Origin: Phoronis australis
Taxonomy: Eukaryota > Animalia > Phoronida
Length of the DNA stretch: 64,000 nucleotides
Reading direction: 5' to 3'
NCBI GenBank assembly: GCA_002633005.1
Contig: NMRA01000131.1
Span: 421,798-485,797 of the forward strand
Part shown: positions 12,901 to 24,900 of the stretch, in pieces
How positions within the stretch are numbered: the stretch's first letter is position 1
How the letters are laid out: each line of letters starts with the position of its first letter
The notes under the pieces: generated by a model
Seen by the model: the letters and a program-made list of their open reading frames with translations, nothing else
Told to the model about the DNA's origin: nothing
The model's database searches: none
Translations under genes and position numbers: made by a program

Positions 12901-15900
12901 GAACCAGTGAAGTGATATCTGAAGGAAATGCCTGACATTTTACACATATCACAAGAAGTGGACTTACTCACCCTAGAGACAAATCAAAAAAGACAAGTTT
13001 AAGGTGAGTTCATGGTCCCAAACACTATCTATTAGTCATAACAAATAACCTGATATCGCCTACCTCGGTCTCCTTTTCATCTCTGGTACTAAGCTTGTGA
13101 TGCACGTATCATTGATATATTATTTGGGACATATGTCGATCATCAATGGTATTTCACTCGTTAAATATATTTATGTGAGCATATAGACCCGTCTTACTCC
13201 TTTTCCCCTCATATCGGGCTAACCCATTATTCCTTTATGTAGGACTACTCGTCGTTTTCCCAGCCTTCTTATTGGTCTGTAGTTATCACATGCCTTGAGG
13301 TTGGTCAGCTACAAGCTCTCATAGGCTGATGATTGTCACGTCTTCAGACGTTTTCTTTGTTATTGTAATCTCGTTTTCAGTTCACCTTTGTTCCGGCCAC
13401 ATTGTCATACGTTCCAAAACTTATCAATTTTTCCTACCCTCGACCACCCTTTTTTCATCATTCTCTCATACTTACATGTAGCCGGTGCTTTTTTATCGCC
13501 CATCTAATCAGAGATTATCATTTTTTATTTTACTTGTCTGTATTCCCTGTCTTGTAATTCTAATAGTCATAATAAATGACCTTATATCATCTACCTCGAT
13601 CTCCTTTTCATCTCTGGTAACAAGCTTGAGACACGCGTATTGTTCAGTTTGGCGATTATTTTTGTACGAAACAAGGGGTGACATGCCGCGAACACAAATC
13701 GGACGATCAAATACATGACGATATACCGTAGCGGTAAAACTAATAGCTGACAAGCATAATGGCCATTAAAAGTGGTGGAAATTCGTTTAATGCAAGACCA
13801 TAAAAATTATATCCGCCATGGTCCCCACTAATGGTGTCTAATCATTTTACATGAAGTTTTCCACAAGTTTTCTAGGACTATCATTTTCCATGAGGTATTT
13901 TCCAGCAAAGTCGAAAAATTAACTTTTGTTATTGCTTGTTGCTTAGAATTAAGAATGAATTAATAAATTTCTGACATGACTAACAAAACAGAAGTTTTTG
14001 CTTTATCTTCAATTACGAAATTTTCGTTTTACCCATTTATCACTTTTGAGTTTTCCATGCACGGACAGAAACTATTTTTGTCCTTTTATAGATGTACCAA
14101 ATTTTGTTTTTCACAACAAGCAAGAGCCAAAGTCAAGACATGAACCGGTAAAATTAATACTTTATCGTTAAAATACGACCATGATTGTGGGATAGTTGCA
14201 TGAGCACTTACCACCAGATAACCTATGATGATGGTAAGCATAAAGAAGGGTACACACGCCCATCCAAAGGGTACAAGCAGCATACATCTCCACATTGACT
14301 CGATCCATTCACCGCAGAGCACACGGAAAACAACCATAAATGAACGGAAGAAGTTCATGAAACCCCACCGGGGGACACCAGGTGGGTCCAACCTGAAAAT
14401 AGGGGTGGATGGAGGGAGAGAATGTCAATGAAGGCTCAATTAGGTGTTGTGTAACCAACCTGTACTCAACCCGTGTGAATTTTGATAGGAAGCAAATTAT
14501 GTACTTTCTGTACTCTGAATTTCAAATTGACACAGACATTACTGAAAAAAAGAGAAAAAAACACCATGTACATGACTGTAATGTTAAACACAAATCAGTT
14601 CCCATAATTAAAACTGCTACTTCATGGTCTACATCAATAATTTCTTTCTCAAACATTTAGTTTTGACAAATTATAACAATTTCACAATTGACAAATAACA
14701 GCTCACATCACATTACACCAGACCAGACTCACAACACAATGGTCAGACAGTAGGTTAAAATGCAGACAACACACTTTGAGTGTTAAACTAAGGGAACTAA
14801 CTACACATTTTTCAGCACTGCCACAAAATGTTCAACTCAAGAAGCATGCAAATAAATGGAGACATGGAAATAATATTTAACAACATTCAACAATTCATGA
14901 AAAGCATTGACTTACAAGGTAAGCAAGCAAAGTTTTGGTAAAAAGCATCGACTTACAATGTAAATGAGCAATCACAATTGACACATAAAACTGACACACA
15001 GTAAGTGCCAAAAATAATCGGCTAAAATGACTTGGAATTCCACCATCACAACAGATTAGTGTGAGCGGAATTCCCAGCATGACGACTGAGTGAAAGCAGA
15101 ATTCACCGTCAGACTAGCTGTAATGACCCCCCATGATTGGGAATGGGATTTTGTCAGATTACTTTTCTTGTTTGCATACTTGACTTGAATGCTTGTATGC
15201 AAAGTTTGCTAAAAGGAGCACAAAGTTCACTATGCATTTGCATGTACTGAAGGATAATGACATCTCACATGAGAGCAGTACACTACACTGAAATAAAAAA
15301 TAACTAAAAATCCTTCATTGGCTTCAACCAGAATTTAGTCAAAGCAGAATCTACATGGCTATAAACAATATATTTTCCAGATAACTAAAAAAGTTGTGAC
15401 GTGAATTTTTCCAAATAAAGAGCCAACTAAGCTAAAAATGATAACTTTATCTCTACTAATCAACGACCAAAAACGTCTAGTATTCACAGCTACGCATAGC
15501 CAACAAACTTACTACGACTTACAAACAGTTCCTGCTTTCGTCTAAATAGAATGGCCCGAACAGTTGGTTGCCCATCACAGCGAAAATGAAGACAACGATC
15601 ATAAGAATGAAGGTGAGATTTCCAAGGGCGCCCAGCGTGTCTGCTATAATGCCCATTAACATGTTGAGGGTAGGCCAAGATTTAGCTAGCTTAAAGACAC
15701 GTAACTGGAAAGTACAACAGAGGACACATAGTGACATCTAGTGACACACAGAGAAACAGACAAAGGGTGACATACAGAACCCAGTGGACCTCACGTGTTG
15801 GTGCTGCTTCATAGCTGTGCTGAATAAGGTTTCAACTCATGGCTCAGCAAACAGTACCAAGCACCCAGTCATGCAGCTACGTGTTGTAAAACAACTGAAC

Positions 15901-18900
15901 TCACAAGCATTACATAGCGTATGTTTTTAACGATGCAGTTATCAATAGTCACTCCTTCCAGTAAACAAAACTGGTTTACAAAATTCAAACTTAGAAGTCC
16001 CAATGTAAATAAACTAGAAGTTGGCCTAAAGAGAACAAGAGATTTTAGAAATGTTACTGCATCACCACCTCAAGGCCATTTTAGGATGTCAAATTCAAAC
16101 ATGGTAAAAACTATTTGACTCACAACAGCATGTCACATGAGACAAAAAATATGAGGGCAAACCAACATGTGAGACTCACTGAGACAATGGTTAAAAAGCG
16201 CACACAAAAATGGCAGACCGTAGACAGCGGGGTCTGGCTTACACATTCAACTCACTTGTCCAGGTATGGAGACGATTCAGAGTAGTATTCTCCAAAAAGT
16301 TGGTTGCCCATGACGGCAAAAATGAAGACGATTATGATGAGAATGAGTGTTAGGTTGCCAAGGGCACCCAGAGTCTTGGCTACGATGCCCATCAGCATGT
16401 TGAGAGTCTGCCAGGACTTGGCTAATTTGAACACACGTAACTGAAATCAACAGGTTAGCAACACGTCTATGAAAAACCAACCTATGCATGTCAAGACACA
16501 TATTCACAATGGCCTATAGCTAGGACTATATACTCCCAGCCTATAGTGAAGTTCAGATGGTTTATAGCCCTAGTGCAAGATCCCCAGGGGCACCTTGTCC
16601 TTATCAGTTGAACATCCACTCAATGATTCTGCTGCTAGCTCACATGGTCACCTTATTCAAATGGTCATCTTATTCACATGGTCACCTTGTTCAAATGGGC
16701 ATCTTGTTCACATCACATGGTCATCTTGTTCCAGGGGCAACTTGCACTGGGGCCACTACCCATGACTGAACACAGATTTGTGACTAGAACTCATTCGATA
16801 AACTCAGAGGTATTTTGAAGTTATGGTAAGTCTGAAATGGGTTGGTATAACGTATGGTAAGTCTGAAAGGGGTTGGTATGCATGACTCCTTTTCGTCTCT
16901 GAATTAGGATCTTATTTACTGCATATAACTATGAATGATTAAAGAAGTTTGGCTAAAAAACCAAAAATCAAATTAGGCCTTCTATTCTCAAAAATTTGTC
17001 TCATGATATTTCTTTATCAAGATAGGATTCAACTTACCAAGAAGAAAATCAAAATCATCAGAATCAGTTCAGAATTTATTGGGGTTGGACAACCATGAAA
17101 CTTCAAAAACTACAAAATTGCACAATATAGGCACTGCCTCTCACTTCAAGTTGGTGGTGGAAATGGAATCCCATGACGGTAAGAAATATTACGAGACCAA
17201 GGCCTAATACTACTTTTGTTTTTAGTCCGCTAAGCTGGGCGAAAAGTAGTTTCAAATGCTAGCAATTCAAGGATTTGCACAATTTTCAACATACCAGTGA
17301 TGATTAGGAATGATGCAGCTACAGTACACTTGAACGAAACATAACTTGCACACAGTATGTGAAAATAGAACTCGACAAGAAAATATAATATAATTTAGAG
17401 CTGATGAAATCAACAAAATGAAACTCAAACAATGTAAAAAATGTACTAACTCAACTGTATAGGCCAATGCCAGGTTACTTGTACATTATCATCCCTAGCA
17501 CAAACCAATTATAATAGAGACAGACTCGTCATCACTGACATGACAACACCAAACCTCACCAAACGGAAGGACCGTAGAACAGACAGCCCCTTGACACCTT
17601 CAAGCCCAAACTCAGCCAAACTGATGGTGACAATGAAAGCATCAAAACAGTTCCAAGGATCTTTCACATAACCAGATGGGTTCAACGCTATTAATTTCAA
17701 CACAGCTTCTACAGTGAATATAGTGGTGAAGACCTAAAATGAAAGAATAATTTATTTTACTTTGTGATGTGGAAGACTCTGTCAGCATTCAAAATTAATG
17801 GGTTACACGTGAAAACTAGAACAGCAATAGGTATAGAAGGACAAGGTTGCAATAAGAAGATATTTTCAGTGGCAATTATGAACTTTACTCAATAACAAGG
17901 CCTTACAGTAAATTTCATTTCAACCTTTAATATTTATGCAGAATTATGTCGCACAACAAAAAAGAATGCTGAATAGCAATGCTTTTGAAAATACTTCTAT
18001 TAAACAATTAGCAACAGCAATGCTGAGCATTAAAATCCACCCACGGCTGCACCAGAAATATAAGGCTTCTCAGGGTATTTATAAGTTTCATAAAAGTGGC
18101 CAATGGATGGCGCAGAATACGTCGGACCTGTTCACAAATGGGAAAGTATCGTCGTCTTCCAAATAGAAATGTATTTCTTAAATTTCATGAAAATCCATCA
18201 AGGAACTTCAAAGATTACAGAGGCACACGTGAAATAACAAATTGCCAATAGGAGGCATAGCAGTGGTCCGATTCGTCCATCTGTTGTCATGTTAATAGGA
18301 AAACTGTTGTTGTAAAACTTCCAAAAGATCTTGCACAGGGGCTTAGGGGATACAACCGCAGATGCAAAAAATGTCACTAGGGGGCATCACAGTAGTTGAA
18401 CCCATCTGAAAATCCTCATCAGTCATGCTTGCCAGCGGAAACACATCTGTCAGTTTTCATAATGATCCTGTGAGCAGTTAGGAGCATACAGAAGCAGGTG
18501 ACTAGAAAGTAATAAGAATGATCAATAGGTGGCGCAGATTATGAGGAATCCATCCAAAATGGAAAAATGCTGCCTTCTTCATAATAGAAACTTGTTTGTC
18601 AAATTTTATGAAAAAACATCAAAGAACACTTAAAATACAGAGATAAACGTAAAAACTCAAATTGCCACTAGGGAACACAGTGGTGGTCAGGGTCATCCAA
18701 AAGTTGTGGGCAAACGTTTGACTTATTCATAGGGTAACACTTGTACAACTTCATTAAGATTCTACAAGGGATTAAAGGAGATACAAACATGAACGTAAAA
18801 AATCAAAATTGCCACTAGGGGGCACCAGAGTTCTCAGATGTGTCCAAAAATCAATGGCAGCCACGGTTTTTTAAATGATCCTTAGAGCGGTATGACAGAT

Positions 18901-21900
18901 AAAGAACCGAAAACCAAAAGCGGACACGAAAAAACAAAAATAGCCACTGCGAGGTGCAAAAATACATTGAATCCATACAAAAATGAACTGCATCATTGAC
19001 TCGTAAATAGGAACCTATAAGCCAAATTTCATCAAAATCTATCAAGGAACTCCGAAGATACAGAGGTGAATAAAAATAAAACTAAAACTACCACTAAGGC
19101 GTACAGCAGTAGTTAGATTGGTCTGAAATGTGTTTTCACCAGTTATCAGCTTCATAGGAACACCACCTGCCAAATTTCACAAAGATTCTGCAAAGCTTTA
19201 AGGAGATACAGAGTCGTAGACACGAAAAATGCACTAGAGGGTAACAAAGTAGTCGAACCCGGTCTTCTCTTCAGAAACACATATGCCAATTTTCAAAGTG
19301 ATCATTTGCGCAGTTTGGGGGATAGAAAGGTGGACACTTAAATCAATGCGAAAATATCTAAAATGGCCACCAGGTGGCGCAGAATATGTCAAATCCATCC
19401 AAAAATGGGAAGGGGCTGTTGACGCCTCAATAATTACCGATTTGCTAAATTTCATAAAAATACATCGAGGAACTCCAAAGATACAGAGGCAAACATAAAA
19501 TACTAAAACTGCTACTAGGGGACAAAGCCATAGTCACATTGGTCCAAAATTCGCTGTCACCTGTGATCAGCTTTATGAGAACATATCTGCCAAATATCAT
19601 TAAGATCCAGCAAGAGGTTTAGGAGATAGAGCAGCAGTAACCGGACGCCAAGACGCACAGTCAGAGATGAAAGTAATATGCACCTACATATGAAAGGTGA
19701 ATATTAATACGTAAAATATCCAACATTAAAAATGATCAAGCTCCATAACAGAACACATGAATGTTTTAGCCACTTATCATCTGAAAAGTAGAATATTAAG
19801 TACCACAAGTGTAGACATACAGGCCGTATATACCACAAGTGTAGACATACAGGCCGTATATCAAGAACCACCTGCGTCTGCGCTTTACTACTCTGAACAT
19901 GACTCTAAGACTGAAAGCACAGAAGAAAATAGATGATTCAACAGTGAAATCTAAAGACTTACATAGTTGCCATATATGAGAACTTCCTTAAAGCTATCCT
20001 CCATTGGATGGTGATCAGCTGTCATGAATGCCGTGTTGGCAACGATGGCCAGGGTGATGAAGAGATCCATGAAAGGATCCATGACAAACAGGTCGATGTA
20101 CTTCTGGAAGACCAGATACGGTGTGCAGCAGGTCCACGAGCAAAAGATCTTGTACAGCTTGGCTTTAATCGCACCCTTCTTGTCTGCCTCACTCTCACGC
20201 ACATAGCCAGAGTAAAGACCTGCCACATTGTGTTTACAGAATTAAAACCATGGAGCTGAAACCATCGTTGACAAGGGCAGTGCAGTAGACGGCTAATTAT
20301 ATATGAAAAATGTTTAGGTAATAGCGCTTCACACAATGACACAGATAAGATTCTGACGTAAAATGATTAAGCTTGTGAAGATCGCAAAGTCATCGTGAAA
20401 TTAGGCAACTTAATACGTTCTGTTCCATTGGCTATACTGTGGTCGGATTGGAGCCCATAAGTATTATTTTGGCTTTTACGGATTTGTTCTTAGTTGATCT
20501 TGCCTTGAAATTGGCCCTTCTGACCTGTCCACGTAGAGCTCAATAGAACTTCAAGAGATGATTGTGTCAGTAAACTACAAATACCACCTACAAGTGCCAC
20601 CTGAGACATATCATTATCATATCATTATCATGGACTGATATCAGAACTTGAATTACTGTTGTGTCGTGTATTAGTGCCCGAGCGCTTATTTTTTAGGACA
20701 TTTTTTGACCCGTCAGTTATTCCAAACCAGCGCTCACTTAAAACCTGGCACTTATTCAACAAAGCCAGTTCTGCAAACCCGGCACTCACAGCTGTTGACT
20801 GTTGTCACCAACTGCATGGTATGCTTGATAAGTTGTTTTGAATACTGTTCGTTTCACTTGACAACCATATCCAGATGAGTGTGGGAGGGGCTGATTCATG
20901 TTATATATGTTTTTAAAACAGCCATTATGTCACTCGTGATTTTCAATGCATGCAATGCACCTATTCATCAATTTCCACATGTTATGTCGATTCACATTCA
21001 GTTAACAGTAACCCCTAGACTATCCAATAAAACAATGAATTGCTGTCAGAGTTGTTCTTTCATTTAGTCTTGAATTACAACAAACGGCGCTTATTTGAGA
21101 CCCGGCGCTTATTTAACAATGGTATTTTAACTAGATGTTACCCAGTGCATATTCGAGCCCAGCGCATATTAAAGGGCCACAACACTATAAACTGCAGTAC
21201 TTCCCACAAATGCAAAACTAATACAAAACACTCCTAGTTAAAGCATTTGTCCCACACAGTGGTGACATCATCTGTGAGTTACATTTGTACACACCCAATC
21301 TCATTTCAATATTGCTTGCACATAGTTTACGAAGTGATGACAAAACAGCAGTTAACTTACTAGCTCGACTGGCTCGACTCATAGGTCTGTCCGTCTGATC
21401 AATAAGATCACGTAATACCAACACGTCTGAGAAAACAGTAAGAAAATCCATCAGTGAGAGAGACATGCAATCAAGTTTGATTTTTATAGCAATTATAATT
21501 TCAAGAAGACACGTTACATACACTGACAAGGTGATGGTGTAATTTCACCCAGATGCGTTGCACCATGAACAGTACACATCAAAAAAGAATCGGACAAAAT
21601 GATCCTGAATTCGCCATCAAGACAGCAGAGCTCAAGCATAGTTCACCATCGGATTTGCCAAGATCTGCCAAGACAGTCGAGTTCAAGCCTAATTCACAAT
21701 CAGAGTTGCTAGAATGACCTGTCATGACAGTTGAATTCAAGCAGTTCACCATCAGAGTAGCTAAAATGACCTGTCATGACAGTTGAGTTCAAGCTTAATT
21801 CACCATCAGAGTACCTAGAATGACCTGTCATGACAGCCGAGTTCAAACAGTTCACCATCAGAGTAGCTAGAATGACACATCATGACAGCTGAGTTCAAGC

Positions 21901-24900
21901 ATAATTCACAATCAGAGTAGCTAGAATGACACGTCATGACAGGGAAACGGTATTTTGGCTGATTACTTTTTTCGTGTACTGTAACCTTTTATCACTCTTA
22001 CATGAGAATAAATAATACTGTCAAAACCATCACCAGATGTATTAAAAATTTGGCAGTCTAAAAATAGAAAGCCTTTAGTTTGGTTACAGTGTTGACATAC
22101 GTACCATTCACATCAATTTTATTGCCACTTGCAGTGCGGTACAGAAATGGGTCAACGTTCTTCTTGTCGCCATCTTCAGAACCACTGGAGGACTCCTTGA
22201 CGTCAAATGTATAAATAATTAAAACATCATTCAAAAGAAACATTTGGTATGTAGTATAAACATATTTCTCACTGTGTAGAATTGTAAAGATTTTATTTAA
22301 AATACAGTAGGTATCACTTCCAAATGTGAAAATATTACAGCAGCACTTCTAAGTACAAATCCCAGGGTTTGTGCTGTTTTGACAAACAAATTCCATAATG
22401 AGTCTGAATTGCCCAATACTTTCACTACTCACAAAAATTTAAAAGCCAACACAATTCCCAACAACTTGTAACAGCTGAACCACATGTCTCGCGATCAGAG
22501 TCTCAATTCTCCCAGTCAAGCACATGACAGAGAGATGATGGCAATATGCACCCACATACATGTACATGTACATGTGGGCATATAAAAATGATAGTTAGCT
22601 GGTTACACGTTCATTTAGACATGCCATTTACACCAGTTACAGTTATCACCTATTGACCATTACATAAGAGATGAAACTCTCCATATCTGGTAGACAAATT
22701 AGCGAGTCCAGGACTGAAGTAAACATTTGGAGGAATCTGGAATAATGCCAACCACAAGGCCAATGTCAAAACAACGCAATCAGCCGAGAATTTCCCTGGT
22801 CACTCATAGCTGATACACTACTAGTAACATCAACTGGGTGACCTTTCCATCAAATTGCAAATAATTATGGGAGAACAGCTGGACTTTAAGAGTGTCAACT
22901 GGGTTTATTGGTGCTAGGAAATAGTAAACCAAGTAATGAAGTGCTTGTTTTACAAGCATTGACTATGGGAGTTCCACTTTAAGTGATCAATTTTGAAGCA
23001 TTAAGTGACCTAGATAGGATTTGGATTTTTCGGACAGCAAAACAACAGGAAAATAGATGCAGTGTTACAAGGACCATTTTATATAATTTACACAAACATA
23101 TAAAAAATACATTGATTCATTCACATTTTGAAGAAGCTTTGAACATAGATGCTTACGTTTTCAGCTTTATTTTTGTCAACAACGACTTCTGGCAGAAGAT
23201 GGCCGCCCGGTTTGTTTTCCTTTTTGTAGAAATCGTATGACAACTTGCTGGAAGCTCTACTTCGAAATGACCTGTTGTGACGCGGCGACCCCTGTAGCAT
23301 AACCTGTGAGTTGCGGCTTGCCCTTCGACTGTCACTCAAGTTGTACAGATCAACTGAAGATGGCGTGGCTGCATTAGAGTCGTCTGCAAAAGGTAGTTGC
23401 ACAGCCTCCAGCTGTGGCAAGCGGAGTTGTTTACGGTCAGCAGGTGGAGCATGACGAGGGTGGTGATGGCCAGGCGTGCCGTGGTGATGGTGATGGTGAT
23501 GAGGATGATGACGTGACCCACGACGTGACGGTCGACGATAGCTGCTGTGACTTTTTGTGCTGCCGCTCCGCTTCAAGTAAGGTGATGGAGGAAGACTTAG
23601 GCTTGCCTGAAAGGGAAACTCTCAAAATGCTAGTGTGCATTTAGCATCTTGATCAACCCAAAAATGATTAAAATTAAAGCAAAAAGTTTACTCGTTCAGT
23701 ATCCGCAGTCACATTCCATATTTGTCGTTAATAGTAAGGGAAGACTGCATTCAACCAAATATTTACAAACAATATATTATTGTAATTCAGCAAAAGTATA
23801 CATTTTCAGGAAGTAGTAAGAATGTAGAATTTAATTTCTGTCTTTATATCAATGTGTCATTAACTGGGACTCATGAGAGTAAAATTAAGGAAAAAAGGAG
23901 GCTACGTTCATAGCAAAACACGGTCTCTTTGAAATGAACAAATTTTATTGGACAAACATTCAAGATAAAATCTCCAAAACAGTCCATTTGATTTAAGTTT
24001 CATAAAGATGCTGAAACGCCTCTGATATCTTTCAATAGCAACCTACTCACCAGTGAAACACGGCAAAATTGAGGACATAATTTGGAGAACAAAAGAAATT
24101 TTATTTTCTTGTTTTCTCATAAAAGATGTGGCCATTTTTCAATATCTGTATCATAGCAGCACTAGTCTTGAAAAACATTTTGAAAAAAATTTGTGCGCAA
24201 TCGCACTAATGTTAGAAGATCTTGTAAACTGGAATAAATCATGATTTTGTTAATTATTTTTTACCAAACTTTGTGAGATTTTAATGTATTGCATTTGAAA
24301 AACATTATTCTTAACAGAAATTTGGGAACACAAGCAAATTATTTAGTAACTGTTCCATTTGAAAGAATCAGCCATTTCAGAGACATGGTGTTCCAAAGGA
24401 GAGGCCCAAATTTTTACACTTTCTTAATAGATTAACTCATCATACTACACTAGCAATTCTAATTTAGTACAAGTTCAAGCTATATCAGTTACATAATTAT
24501 CAAAGTTTCCATTTCAAGCAGGAAACATGTCGAATACACTCACAGTCAATTTAACATCATAACTACACTGAGCTGCAACTAATCAATGTTGTTTCTCACC
24601 GTAACTTTTGGCTTTTCCAGTAGATTCCCATTTTTCCTACCCTCTGACTGTATGCTAATTCTGTCCTTATCTGGGTCATCTTGTCCTGCCCGCACCACCT
24701 CCTCAATGCTGGCCAATGATGTTGGAGACATTGACTTGGCTATACTGATTGACAGCTCTGCTTCTTGCCGTTCATCCTCCTCCTGTCAATCCAAAGTTCA
24801 ACTTCATCGGTAACCACAAAAACTCATTGAAATTTTCAAACCATGTAAATTGACAAGCCAGCTGTACTTAAAAATATTCCAAGACAAGACCAAACATTAA

